Origin: Dictyostelium discoideum
Lineage: Eukaryota
Assembly (NCBI GenBank): GCA_000004695.1
Contig: CM000153.2
Span: 5,312,001-5,376,000, forward strand
DNA: 64,000 nucleotides
Direction of reading: 5' to 3'
Shown here piece by piece: positions 10,869 to 25,300 of the stretch. The translations under genes and the position numbers were made by a program. The notes beneath the pieces are model-generated. The model did no database searches, was not told where the DNA came from, and saw only the letters and a list, made by a program, of their open reading frames with translations. The stretch's first letter is position 1; every line of letters begins with the position of its first letter.

Positions 10869-13800
10869 CATTTATTATTAAATAACCATTTGGTGTTAAA
10901 ATTTGATAAATTTGATTTAATGAATATTCAATATCTTTTGTTAAATTTGAAATATTTGAAACAATAATTAAATCATAATATGATGGATTTAATTTTTGTT
11001 TTTCTAATAATGAATTATCAACATCTAAACCTAATGAACGATAAAGAATACTTAAATAACCCTTATCTACTTTTGATAATTCTAATTTAGCATCTTTTAA
11101 AATTGATGAATTATTATCACTCCATGTATATTCAATATCAATTTCATAATGTGGATTTTCTTCGAGTAATGAATTGATTTCATTCAATAATAAAGTTGAT
11201 TTTGATAAATTATTACCACCAAATTCTAAAATTCTAAATTCCATCTTTCTATTAATTAATGGTTTAATAGTTTCTATAACAACATTTGGAATTAATAAAC
11301 CATCATCTACTTGATTATTTTGATAAATTGATTTAAATTCTAATGGTGATTGAATTTGTGAATCTTTTGATTGAAGATATGGTGTATAAATAAAATCAGA
11401 TGGAGTTTCAATTAATAATGGATCTTTAACTGGTGTTAATGATTTAACTACCAAGTTATCAACTTCAATGATAACAGTACCATCTTCTAACATAACAACG
11501 ATAGATGAAGAGAGTAAATCATCAGATGGAGATGATTTTAAAGTTGAATAAATAAAGATACTTGAATGTTCATCTCTATTTTTTGGAATATTTGAAGCAT
11601 AATATCTTAAACCTTCAACTTTATCTGTTACAATTTTACAATTCTTTTGAATGTATAGAATAACGGTACCATGGAAACAAGCATCAATGAGTGGACAATT
11701 GAAAAATGATTGTTCATCATGAAAGTTTTCAGGTAATTCTAAGGATATTTCAGTTAATGAACAATTATCACCAATATAACATTCAACTACTTTACTAAAA
11801 ATACCATAAAAGTTTGCACCCAATTGAGTTTTCATTAGTGAATAAAATTCATCCCATGGAATTGATGATAAATTACATTTTGTTTGTTTAATATCTTGAA
11901 TATCCAATTTTTGTTTTTCTTCATGATAATTATCATTACTATTTAAGTGGAAATTAGAATTTGAAGTATTTATCCATTGATTATTCATTTCATCTTTTAA
12001 ATGAAATTGTGCTCTATATTCACTTTTACCAGTTTGATAAACATTTGTTTGTAAACATTGCCCAATACCATCGGTTAATACAAATGGTACCTTAAATTCA
12101 ATTGAATTAATTGTTAAATCTTGATTTGGATATAATTTAAATATATTATCAATATAACCTGTTCCTGGGAAATAACATTTATCAGATACATTATGACCTT
12201 TTAAATATTTGAATGCATCTTTTCCAGTATCAATTATTGTTTGATATGATTTAATAAATGGATTTGAATCTTGCATTGAATTACCGAGAATTGAAATTGG
12301 TGGTCCAATTAAATTATTTTTATGTTCAATTGATTTATTTAACCAATAATGTTGATCATCCCATTGATATAATGGTAAATTAAAATTACTAATAGCCTCA
12401 ATATTGCTATTTATATTATTAAATTGACATTTAAAATTAATATCATAAGCATCATCACAAAATAATTGTGAAATTGATTTTTGAAATTCTTCAACATCAT
12501 TCTTTTTCTTGTGAAGTGTTGAATAAACTGATATTGATTCACCATTTCTAAAGTATTGTGATTGTTTTGGAATCATTTGTTTTAAATAAAATGATAATGT
12601 TGGATGTGGTGCAATTTCAATGAATACAATATTTGAACCGATTTGATTATCTTCAATATGTTTATATAAATTTGAAATTGTTTGAGTGAATGAAACTGGT
12701 TTTGAAATATTATCAAAGAAATATTCAGAATCAAAAATAGTTGATTCATTAAATAAATTTGATGTAACTGTTGAAAATGTTGGAATAACAGGTTGACTTG
12801 ATTGAATATTTAAATTTAAAATATCATCTTTAATTATATTTTGACTACTTGTATGAAAACTTGATAAACTTCCTAACATTGCTGAGAATATTTCTTTTTC
12901 TTTTAATTCTTTTGAAATTTCATTTAAAATTTGTTCATTACCTGCGATTACAATTGATGATGGTGAATTATAACATGCAATTTCAATAGTTGGGTAACGT
13001 GACATATAGTTAGTTTTATATTCATCTGAACTAATGTTAATTGATAACATTTTACCTGACCCATTTGTTCTTATTTGTAATGTTGATCTATGATAAATTA
13101 AATAACATAATTGGTCAATATCAATCATACCTGAACAATAAGCAGTTGTTACTTCACCAAGACTATGACCCAACATAAATGATGCTTTTATACCCCAATG
13201 TTTATAAAGTTCATATAATGATACTTGAATAATTACAGTTGATGGTTGTGCCATTGTTTGTTCATGAACTGAACATTTATCACTATCTTGAATTGCTCTT
13301 AATTTCTCTAAAATTGAATATCCAAAATAATTTTTCATTTTATTATCTAGCATATCCATCGAATTTCTAAATACTTTTTCATTTTTATATAATTCTAATG
13401 CCATTGTATTATATTGTGATCCTTGACCACAAAATACAAATACAGTTATTGGATTATTATTTTTATTTGTAATTGTAATATTTGAAGAAGTACTACTTGA
13501 AGTTTGATATTTAACTTGATTTTCAACATTATTAAAATCATTCCAATCTTTTGCAACAATTACTGATCTTTGATAAAGTGATGTTGATTTATTATAAATT
13601 TGATTTTTAACAAATTCTTCAAAACTATATTGTGATTCATATTCTTTATTTTCAATAATTAATGATTGATATTTTTTTAATGATTCAACTGAATTTGCTG
13701 AAAATGGAATTAAATAATTATTTATTTTTATATTATTATGATTATGATTATGATTATGATTATTATTATGATTATTTATATTATTATTTATAGTATTATA

Positions 13801-14489
13801 ATTAAATTGAGATAATACTAAACAACAATTTGAACCAGTTGCACCAAAATTATTAACAACCATTGAAGTATTTTTAAATTTATTAAATGGAATTGGTTCA
13901 GTTACAACTTTTAAATTCCATTCTTTAAATTTAATTGCTGGATTTGGTGTTTTAAAATGAATATTTGGTGCAAAACATTTGTTTTTATACATTAAACAAC
14001 ATTTGATTAATGAAGCAATACCAGAAGCAGCTTCACAATGACCAATATTTGATTTAAATGATCCAATTAATAATGGAGTATCAGTTGAACGAGTATCTTT
14101 AAAAACTTTTGAAATACCTTCAACTTCAATTGGATCACCAGTTGGTGTACCAGTGCCATGTGCTTCAACATAATCTATATCAGATGGTTTAACAGTTCCA
14201 TTGGTTGATTGAATTGCATTTTTTAAATTTTCAGATTGTGAAATTGATGATGGTGAATAGAAATTTGATTTATCAGAATAACCAATACCATCAACATTTG
14301 CACTTGCACCATTTATTGTACAATAAATTCTATTACCATCTTTAATTGCATCTTTTAAATTCTTTAAAACCACAACACCAATACATTCACTTCTTACATA
14401 ACCATCAGCTGATGCATCAAATGATTTACATCTACCATTTGATTTACTTAATATATTCAATGAAGAATATGCTTTAAAAAAGTAAGAGT
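7738..14489 (-). CDS. Type I iterative polyketide synthase, exon 2 (KS C-part, AT, DH, ER, KR, ACP); the reading frame now runs into the transposon TIR and stops at 7738
   Basis: Motifs GHSLGE (AT), HNVSDKCYFPG (DH), HSGSGGVG (ER), [10 protein letters not shown] (KR) and YGADSL (ACP). (CAA)26 poly-Gln tract at 10803..10867. The last 23 codons (DCCREFSIKFHYSSVVNFII*) are encoded by transposon TIR sequence. Confidence 0.85.
10803..10867 (-). repeat. (CAA)n microsatellite encoding a 26-Gln tract inside the minus-strand PKS
   Basis: (TTG)21 on the plus strand; the paralogous position in the plus-strand PKS reads NEQQPNNENNENNE. Confidence 0.9.
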
Positions 14490-14566
14490 CTAATAAAATT
14501 AAAAAATTTAATTAATAAATAAATATAAAGATAAAATTAAAAAAACTATTAAAAAAAAATACATAC

Positions 14567-15230
14567 CAAGTAATATATTAACACCACCAACAATTGACAT
14601 TTTTGATTTTTTATTTTTGATTGAATCATATCCTAATGCGATTGCATTTAAAGATGATGAACATGCAGTATCTAGAGTTATTGAATTACCATGAAGATCA
14701 TAACAATAGGAGATTCTATTTGAAATCGCATGATTTAAACTTGAGAATACATTTGATTTTACTTCATTTTTATTGATATTATGATAGTCACTTTCGGTAC
14801 AACCAATGAAAACCGAAGTATCTGTACCTTTGATTGAAATTGGATCAATTAATGAATCTTCTAATGCTTCCCATGTACATTTTAATAATAATCTTTGAAT
14901 TGGGTCAATGGTTGGTGCTTCATTTGGATTAATACCAAAAAAGAGTGGATCAAATGATTTAACTTCATCCAATGGTAATAGTCCTGAATAATTATTTGCA
15001 ATTTCATGATTTTTGAAAAAGTTATCATTGAATCTTTCTGATGTTTTCACTACACCATCGAAACCATTTATTAAATTATTCCATAATGTTTGAGGTGTAT
15101 TGTTTCTTTCATTTTCAATACTTCCACTTGGTAATCTAAAGCCAACACCAACAATTGCAACTAAATTTTCTTCAACATGTTTATCATCAACTTGTAAAAT
15201 TTCTGCTTTATTTATTTTATTTTGTTTCAT
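14567..15230 (-). CDS. Same PKS, exon 1 (KS N-terminus; ATG = complement of 15228..15230). Intron 14490..14566 (77 nt, GTATGT..AG, phase 1)
   Basis: [12 protein letters not shown]...[13 protein letters not shown]...[35 protein letters not shown] then GTATGT donor. Exon 2 resumes D-SYFFKAYSSLNILSKSNGRCKSFD, parallel to the plus-strand paralog. Confidence 0.75.
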
Positions 15231-15639
15231 TATTTTTTATAAATAAATTATTAATTAATTTTTATTTTAATTGAGTGAAGGCTTTTTAAATAATATAAAA
15301 TAAAATAAAATAAAAAGAAAAGCTACTATTTAATTTTAAAACCAAATACTCTTTTATTTTTATTTTTTTTTTTATTTTTTTTTTTTATAATAATATAGTA
15401 TAGTAATAATACAAACCTTGATCTTATCATAATTAATAATGATAACAAAAAAAAAAATTTTATAAAGATTGGAGATAATGGTTATTAATATTAATAGTTA
15501 AATAAAAAACACTATAAAAGGATCCTTTATTTTTTTAGATAATATGGTTGTGGGGTCGTAAAAAAAAAAAAAAAAAAATAAATTAATGAAAAATAAAAAA
15601 AAATAAAAATTAAGTATTTTTTCTATAACAATTTAATAA

Positions 15640-15702
<63 letters not shown>

Positions 15703-15780
15703 TGATTAATAGTTAAAATTACCTAAATTTAGATATCAATTACCTGTTAAATTATAAAATTCCTCGAACATCCATTATTT

Positions 15781-15837
<57 letters not shown>

Positions 15838-16049
15838 TTCCTATAAATATCTCATTATTTTTTTTTTTGATTAATAAATTGATTATATTTTAGTAATGTT
15901 TAAAATTTTAAATATTTTTTTTAAAAAAAAAAAAAAAAAAAAACAAAAATTATTCATCTTTTATTTAACAAATTTAAACATTTTAAATATTTTTTTAAAA
16001 AAAAAAAAAATTAATTTTTTTTGGATGGATTTAAAAAAAAATTTTAAAT

Positions 16050-16886
16050 TTAAAAATATTTTTTTTTTATTCTTAATAATGGAGTATTATTATTAATATT
16101 AATAATTCCATCAGTACCATTTTCATAAGAAATTTTAAAAATTCCATTTGTATAGTAATAGAAACCTTCGTCGAATTTTAAAAAAAATACAAGACCAGTT
16201 AATATATTTGAAAATTCTACGAAATAATTTGCAGAATATTTCAATTGACCAACTGAAATTGGATTTAAATTAAAAGAGAAAACATTTACAAAATCATTTA
16301 AAGAATTTGTTTTTTCTTGATATATTAAAACACCATTTTCAGTTTCACTTTCAATGATTCTATATATTTTTGTATTATTTGTTAATTTTGGAGATTGACC
16401 AATTTCATTGCCAATTTCAATTGGAAAATAACAAGATAGAAAAGTGAAACAAGCATCAACCAAGTATTTTTTATTCTTAAATTCCATTACATTGCAATAA
16501 TGAAGTCCGATATTTGGGTATACCAAATTCTCTCCACCGTCAATTGCTTTAATTAATTGAACTTTTATTCCAAATTCTTGTAATAACATACCAAATAATA
16601 TATTATGGTTTAAACAAATATTGCCAACCTCTTTCTCTATCATTGTTTCAACAATATAATCCATATCGATTGTTGGTCCATCTTTTAAAACGTCAATATT
16701 ATTATATGGAAAATGTTCTGCAAATTTCACCATTAACAATTCAAAATCATCCAAACAATTTAATTGAAAATCAATTTCTAAATTTAATTTTGGTAATATA
16801 ATTTCTTTAAAATTATATTTTTTATTTGCTAATTTTAATTCTTCATAACTGAAATGTAAAAAATAGTCTTTGTCATTAATTTCCAT
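16050..16886 (-). CDS. Arylamine N-acetyltransferase (NAT)-fold protein, 278 aa, in the spacer between the divergent PKS genes
   Basis: Catalytic-triad geometry matches NATs: Cys91 in VGNICLNHNILFG (cf. RGGYCFExN), His128 in GLHYCNV, Asp143 in YLVDACF (cf. YIVDAGFG). Cys-to-His spacing is 37 and His-to-Asp is 15, as in human and bacterial NATs. Confidence 0.65.
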   Translation of the reverse strand: MEINDKDYFLHFSYEELKLANKKYNFKEIILPKLNLEIDFQLNCLDDFELLMVKFAEHFPYNNIDVLKDGPTIDMDYIVETMIEKEVGNICLNHNILFGMLLQEFGIKVQLIKAIDGGENLVYPNIGLHYCNVMEFKNKKYLVDACFTFLSCYFPIEIGNEIGQSPKLTNNTKIYRIIESETENGVLIYQEKTNSLNDFVNVFSFNLNPISVGQLKYSANYFVEFSNILTGLVFFLKFDEGFYYYTNGIFKISYENGTDGIININNNTPLLRIKKKYF

Positions 16887-16896
16887 TTTTTTTATT

Positions 16897-16932
<36 letters not shown>

Positions 16933-17079
16933 CAAAGTATTGTTTATTTTAAATGAAATTATAATTAAATATAAAAATTAGAGGAATTAAATATATTTTA
17001 AGGGTATAATTTAATTTTTTAAAAATTAATTTATAAAAATTAATAATTTTTATAATAATACCCAAAATTATCTGTTGAT

Positions 17080-17121
<42 letters not shown>

Positions 17122-17407
17122 AACGAAAATCCCAAATTATTTATAAAAATGGTGTGTCATTGTTCGTGGATTCAGGACCCAAAAAATAAAATAATAAAAA
17201 AACAATTCAAGTTCCCATTGAGGAACTTGTTCTTAAATGGGTAATTTTTGAGAAAACTTTATTATTTTTATCAGATAATAGATATAATTTATCTTTTAAT
17301 TACTTTAATACCATTAAATTATTAATAATTTAAAAAAATAATATTATTTATTATTTCCTACACAATTTTAAAAATTAAAAAAACAATTATAAAAAAAAAA
17401 TTTTAAA

Positions 17408-17488
17408 AATAAAGAAGTGAGATTAATATTTTTCCACAACTTGGAATTCTAAAACCAATACAAATGTGCATTATCTCACTTCTTTATT
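17408..17488. repeat. 16-bp perfect inverted repeat (AATAAAGAAGTGAGAT ... ATCTCACTTCTTTATT) with 48-nt spacer
   Basis: Read directly; located in the divergent PKS intergenic region. Confidence 0.8.
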
Positions 17489-18550
17489 TTTAAAATTTTT
17501 TTTTTATATTTGCCATACCTTAATAATCTATTATTTTTTTTCATTTTCACAATTTTAATTAATTAAGCTATTTAATTTATCATTCATTTTTAAATTTTAA
17601 TTTTAATTAAACAAAATTTTTTTTTTTATTTTTAAAAATTTATTTTTGTTATTAGTATTTGTTTATAAATGATCTTTTTTTTTTAAAAAAATTAATTTAA
17701 ATCTTTGAATCTGTGTCTATTAATTTATTTTTATTTTTTTTTTTTTTTATAAAAAAAAAAAAATTTGATGTGCAAATCGGGTTAAAAAAAAAAAAAAAAA
17801 AAACAAATGGATTTGTTCTATCTAAATAGGGTTAATAGAAAAAAAATTTAGGTTTTCAAAAAAAAAAAGTTCTGTATTTGTTATTGTGGTAACTTTTTTT
17901 TTATAATTTTTCATTTTTTTTTTTTTTTCCATTCATTTACATTTTTAACACCACACCAAAAGTTTAAATATATACAAAGGTTTTTTTGAAATGTGGTGTA
18001 TTGTTGTGAGATTCAATGGTTAAGTGGATATTAAATTTTAATTTTAAAAAATTTTTAATAACCTAATAGTAATCAATAACTCAAATTTTAGAAAAAAAAA
18101 AGAAAAGTAGTATCAATAAAGTGGAAGAAAAAAAAAAAAAATTTTAAACCACCAATTTATAATTTCATATAAAAAATTATTAATGCTTAGTAAAAGAATA
18201 CAAAATTTTTTTGCTTCCCATTGAAACTTTCACTAGATAATCCAGTGATTTTTTTAACATGTAATCTAACACTTTAAAAGAGTAAAAATTATGTAAGCAA
18301 TACTATAAACACGTGATACAATTTATTTATTTATTATTAATAATAAGAAACAAACCACACCAAAATTTTTATTAATATAAGAAAAAACCACACCAAAATT
18401 TTTAAAGATAATATTAAAATATAATTTACTAATTTATATTAATATATTATTATTTTTTAAAAAAAAAAAAAAATAAAAATTGATTTAAAAACAAATTTTA
18501 TATATTTTTGATTTTATATATTTATCAAACCAATAAAACAATTTTTAATA

Positions 18551-19238
18551 ATGGATAATAGTTATTTAAATAATCCCCAATTTGATATTAATAATGGTAA
18601 TAAAGAAGTTACAGATGATGATAATAATAAAAATAATCAAGATAATTTAGTAGCAATTGTTGGTGTTGGTTTTAGATTACCAAGTGGTGAAAATGAAAGA
18701 AATAATACACCTCAAGCATTATGGAATAATTTAATAAATGGTTTCGATGGTGTAGTGAAAACATCGGAAAGATTCAATGATAACTTTTTCAAAAATCATG
18801 AAATAGCAAATAACTATTCAGGACTATTACCATTGGATGAAGTTAAATCATTTGATCCACTCTTTTTTGGTATTACTCCTAATGAAGCACAAACTATAGA
18901 TCCTCATCAAAGATTATTATTAAAATGTACATGGGAAGCATTAGAAGATTCATTAATTGATCCAATATCAATCAAAGGTACTGATACTTCTGTTTTCATT
19001 GGCTCTTCAACAAATGATTATCTTACATTAAATAGAAATGAAGTAAAATCAAATGTGTTTGGTAGTATGGCTCATTCAATTGCAAATAGAGTATCCTATT
19101 GTTATGATCTTCATGGTAATTCAATAACTCTAGATACTGCATGTTCATCATCTTTAAATGCAATCGCATTAGGATATGATTCAATCAAAAATAAAAAATC
19201 AAAAATGTCAATTGTTGGTGGTGTTAATATATTACTTG
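18551..19238 (+). CDS. Type I iterative PKS (plus strand), exon 1; intron 19239..19324 (GTATGT..AG, phase 1)
   Basis: [10 protein letters not shown]...[20 protein letters not shown]...GGVNILL then GTATGT donor; paralogous to minus-strand exon 1. Confidence 0.8.
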
Positions 19239-19324
19239 GTATGTATTATTTTTAAAATTTTTTATTATATTTTATTTTTTACAAAATTATTAATTAAAAT
19301 TATATTATTATTTTTTTTTAAAAG

Positions 19325-22300
19325 ACCCATATCCATATAAGGCATTCTCAATTTTGAATATGTTAAGTAAATCAAATGGTAGATGTAAATCATTTGATGC
19401 ATCAGCTGATGGATTTGTTAGAGGTGAATGTATTGGTGTTGTTATTTTAAAGAATTTAAAAGATGCAATTAAAGATGGTAATAGAATTTATTGTACAATA
19501 AATGGTGCAAGTGCAAATGTTGATGGTATTGGTTATTCTGATAAATCAAATTTCTATTCACCATCATCAATTTCACAATCTGAAAATTTAAAAAATGCAA
19601 TTCAATCAACCAATGGAACTGTTAAACCATCTGATATAGATTATGTTGAAGCACATGGCACTGGTACACCAAATGGTGATCCTGTAGAAACCGAAGGTAT
19701 ATCAAAAGTTTTTAAAGATACTCGTTCAACTGATACTCCATTATTAATTGGATCATTTAAATCAAATATTGGTCATTGTGAAGCTGCTTCTGGTATTGCT
19801 TCATTAATCAAATGTTGTTTAATGTATAAAAATAAATGTTTTGCACCAAATATTCATTTTAAAACACCAAATCCAGCAATTAAATTTAAAGAATGGAATT
19901 TAAAAGTTGTAACTGAACCAATTCCATTTAATGAAAATAAAAATACTTCAATGATTATTAATAACTTTGGTGTTACTGGTTCAAATTGTTGTTTAGTATT
20001 ATCTCAATTTAATAATACAAATAAACAAAAACAACAAATGAAAACAAAAATAAATAATTATTTAATTCCATTTTCAGCAAATTCAGTTGAATCATTAAAA
20101 AAATATCAATCATTAATTATAAATAGTAAAGAAAATGAATTAAAATATAGTTTTGAAGAATTTGTTAAAAACCAAGTATTTATTAAACCAACATCACTTT
20201 ATCAAAGATCTGTAATTGTTGCAAAAGATTGGAATGATTTTAATAATGTTGAAAATCAAGTTAAATATCAAACTTCAAGTAGTACTTCTTCAAATATTAC
20301 AATTACAAATAAAAATAATAATCCAATAACTGTATTTGTATTTTGTGGTCAAGGATCACAATATAATACAATGGCATTAGAATTATATAAAAATGAAAAA
20401 GTATTTAGAAATTCGATGGATATGCTAGATAATAAAATGAAAAATTATTTTGGATATTCAATTTTAGAGAAATTAAGAGCAATTCAAGATAGTGATAAAC
20501 GTTCAGTTCATGAACAAACAATGGCACAACCATCAACTGTAATTATTCAAGTATCATTATATGAACTTTATAAACATTGGGGTATAAAAGCATCATTTAT
20601 GTTGGGTCATAGTCTTGGTGAAGTAACAACTGCTTATTGTTCAGGTATGATTGATATTGACCAATTATGTTATTTAATTTATCATAGATCAACATTACAA
20701 ATAAGAACAAATGGGTTAGGTAAAATGTTATCAATTAACATTAGTTCAGATGAATATAAAACTAACTATATGTCACGTTATCCAACCATTGAAATTGCAT
20801 GTTATAATTCACCATCATCAATTGTAATCGCAGGTAATGAACAAATTTTAAATGAAATTTCAAAAGAATTAAAAGAAAAAGAAATTTTCTCAGCAATGTT
20901 AGGAAGTTTATCAAGTTTTCATACAAGTAGTCAAAATATAATTAAAGATGATATTTTAAATTTAAATATCCAATCAAGTCAACCTGTTATTCCAACATTT
21001 TCAACAGTTACATCAAATTTATTTAATGAATCAACTATTTTTGATTCTGAATATTTCTTTGATAATATTTCAAAACCAGTTTCATTCACTCAAACAATTT
21101 CAAATTTATATAAACATATTGAAGATAATCAAATCGGTTCAAATATTGTATTCATTGAAATTGCACCACATCCAACATTATCATTTTATTTAAAACAAAT
21201 GATTCCAAAACAATCACAATACTTTAGAAATGGTGAATCAATATCAGTTTATTCAACACTTCATAAGAAAAAGAATGATGTTGAAGAATTTCAAAAATCA
21301 ATTTCACAATTATTTTGTGATGATGCTTATGATATTAATTTTAAATGTCAATTTAATAATATAAATAGCAATATTGAGGCTATTAGTAATTTTAATTTAC
21401 CATTATATCAATGGGATGATCAACATTATTGGTTAAATAAATCAATTGAACATAAAAATAATTTAATTGGACCACCAATTTCAATTCTCGGTAATTCAAT
21501 GCAAGATTCAAATCCATTTATTAAATCATATCAAACAATAATTGATACTGGAAAAGATGCATTCAAATATTTAAAAGGTCATAATGTATCTGATAAATGT
21601 TATTTCCCAGGTGCAGGTTATATTGATAATCTTTTAAAATTATATCCAAATCAAGATTTAACAATTAATTCAATTGAATTTAAAACACCTTTAATATTAT
21701 CAGATGATAATGGTCAATTTTTACAAACAAATGTTTATCAAACTGGTAAAAGTGATTATAGAGCTCAATTTCATTTTAAAGATAATAGAACAAATGTATG
21801 GGTTCAAACATGTACTGCTAATTTTCAATTATATAATAATGGTAAAGTTGATAAATTAAATTTAGAAGAAATTAAATCAACAAAATGTAATTTATCATCA
21901 ATACCATGGGATAAATTTTATCCACATATAAAAAATAGAACTGGTTTAAACTATAAAGACAAATTTCAAAATACAATTGAATGCTATCTTGGTGATAATT
22001 GTTCATTAACTGAAATATCATTAGAATTACCAGAAAACTTTCATGATCAAGAATCATTTTTTAATACACCAATTTTAGATATTTGCTTCCATGGTTCAAT
22101 TGTTTTAATTAAGGATAATTGTAAACTTGTTTTGGATAAAATTGATGGTTTTAAATTATATACATCAAACATTCCAAAAAATAGATTTGATCATTTAAGT
22201 ATTTTTGTATATACAACTATGAAATCAACAAAATCAAATTCATACAATTCAACATACACAGTAATGTTAGAAGATGGTACTGTTATACTTGAAGTTGAAA

Positions 22301-25300
22301 ATTTAATATGTACATCATTAACACCAGTTAAAGATCCATTATTAATTGAAATTCCAACTGATATGTATTATACTCCATATCTTCAATCAAAAGATTCACA
22401 AATTCAATCACCATTAGAATTTAAATCAATTTATCAAAACAATCAAGATAATGATAGCTTATTAATTCCAAATGTTGTTTTAGAAACAATTAAACCATTA
22501 ATTAATGAGCAAATGGAATTTAGAATTTTAGAATTTGGTGGTAATAATTTATCAAATTCAACTTTATTATTGAATTCAATCAATTCATTACTTGAAGAAA
22601 ATCCACATTATGAAATTGATATTGAATATACATGGAGTGATAATAATTCATCAATTTTAAAAGATGCTAAATTAGAATTATCAAAAGTAGATAAAGGTTA
22701 TTTAAGTATTCTTTATCGTTCATTAGGTTTAGATGTTGATAATTCATTATTAGAAAAACAAAAATTAAATCCATCATATTATGATTTAATTATTGTTTCA
22801 AATATTTCAAATTTAACAAAAGATATTAAATATTCATTAAATCAAATTTATCAAATTTTAACACCAAATGGTAATTTAATAATAAATGAACAACAACCAA
22901 ACAATGAAAATAATGAAAATAATGAAGATTCATTGAAAAACTTATTGGTTAATTGTAATTTCAATTCTGATATAATGATGAAATCTTCAAGTGTATCTGA
23001 TAGTGATATTAAATCAATTATTATTCAAGCTCAAAAACCATCATTAAAATTACAACCAAAAACAATAAACACTTTTGATCAAGTCATTTTATATTGTAAT
23101 CAAGATGAACAATTCCAACAACAACAACAATTAATTAATAAATTTGAAAGTCATTATAATAATAATTGTAAAATAATAAAAGTATCAACAATTGAAGAAT
23201 TTTATAAATTATCAACAACAATTACAAATAATTCAATCATTTATTTTATAAAATCAATTGAACAATTAACATTGGAAAACTTTAAATCAATAACATTTGA
23301 ATATGTTCAAATTAATCAAAAATTATATGAATTTAAATCAAAATGTACTCACGTTTTAATTACATATGATTCTCAATCAAGTAATTATTTATCATCATCA
23401 ATTTTAGGTGCAGCAAGATACTTTGATGAAATTCCAACTTTACAATTATTTACATTTGATTTTGATAAAGATTCATTAATTAATTTAGACATTTCGGTTA
23501 TAGATCATTTGATAGATCCAAAACAAAATACATTGATTGAATTCTTTATTAAAAAAAATGGTAAAGTTTATTTTGAAAGATTTAAAAAAGGTTTAAAGAA
23601 AAATTCTTTTAAATCAGAATCATATCATCAAATTACAAATGAACAAGAAATTTTAATTTCAAAATTAGATGAAAATTTAGATTATCAATTAAAATCAAAA
23701 GATTCAATTTTAAAACCATATGATATTGAAGTAGAAATTAAAGCAACTGGTTTAAATTATAAAGATTATTTAGTATATAGTGGTTTAATAAAATTAAAAG
23801 GTGATAGTGTTGATTTTGGTCTTGATTTTTCTGGTAGAGTTAGTCGTGTTGGAATTAAATCATCAAAAGAATTTAAAGTTGGTGATGAAGTTTATGGTAT
23901 TGGACAATCAACATCATCATCTCATATTATTATTGATTCAATGCATGCATGTCATAAACCATCAAAGATTACACATGTTCAAGCAGCTTCAATTCCAGCA
24001 GTTTATGCAACTTCAATTCATTCTTTATATAATATTGGTAATTTAAGAGAAGGAGAATCAATTTTAATTCATTCAGGATCTGGTGGTGTTGGATTATCAG
24101 CATTGGAAATATTAAAATCAAATAATCATTCATCTCCAATATTTGTTACAGTTGGATCAGAAGAAAAGAAACAATATCTAATTAATACCTATGGTAATTT
24201 AATCACTGGAATTTATTCAACAAGAGATACAAATTATCAAAAACAAATTAAAAACAAATTAATTGAATTAGGTTATGAAACTCATGGTGTTGATTTAATT
24301 ATTAATACTTTATCAAGTGAATTTATGGATAGCAATTTCAAATGTTTAAATCCAGAAGGTAGAATTGTAGATTTAACAATTACTCATTTAAATCCAAATG
24401 AATTTATTGATAATAATAAATTTAAATATAATTTTGGTTATCATAATATTGAATTATATTATTGTGAAAAGCCAACAATTAAGAAACTATTACAGTCAAT
24501 TTCAAAATCAATTGAAAATAATACATTAAATTATTTAATTCCAATTACAGAATTTTCAAATTCAAATATTAAAAAAGCAATTGAATACATTAATGAACGT
24601 AAACATGTTGGAAAAATTGTAATTTCTCATGATACAGATATTACTAATAAATTAATTGAAAATCAACCTAAAATTGATTACTCTTTATTGAAATCAAATT
24701 ATAAAATTAAAAATCTTGGTAAAAATGTATTGGTTACAGGTCAAACTGGTCTAATTTTAGATATTATAAATTGGATTATGAAATATAATTCAACTGTTGA
24801 AAATATAATTATTCTTTCAAAATCATCAATGAAATGGGAAATGGAATTTTTAATTAACAACAATAAGACAAAAATTAAATTCTATTATAAAAGATGTGAT
24901 ATTGGTGGTGATTCAGATTCAATTAATAAAACATTTGATAAATTGTTTACAGAAAATCCAACAATTACAAACATTGATTCAATATTCCATTTTGCAGTTG
25001 TACAAATTACAAGAAAAGTAAAAGATATTGATATGAAATCATTAAATATTTCACATGATGCAAAAACAATTGGTGCAATTAATTTACATAATCAATCAAT
25101 TAAAAGAGATTGGAAATTAAGTAATTTCATATTAGCATCTTCAATTCTTTCAAAAGTTGGTTCATTAGATCAATGTGGATATGTTTCAGCATGTTGTGTA
25201 CTTGACTCATTTTCAAAATATCGTTTATCTATTGGATTACCTGCATTATCAATTAATATTGGTGCTATGGGTGGAAGTGGAATGGTTGCAAGAAGTGAAC

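Noticed and set aside
14508-14566. ORF-track extension of PKS exon 1 through ..[18 protein letters not shown]
   Set aside because: Read-through into the intron. A GTATGT donor follows ..NILLG, and the paralog splices at the identical position.
15896-16096. 66-aa ORF MFKILNIFFKKKKK..
   Set aside because: Poly-A/T spacer translation that also overlaps the 3' end of the NAT-like gene on the other strand.
9062-24046. Short ORFs on the strand opposite to the PKS genes (9062..9268, 9981..10193, 10773..10967, 21872..22057, 23801..24046)
   Set aside because: Antisense artefacts within long, well-supported PKS coding sequence.
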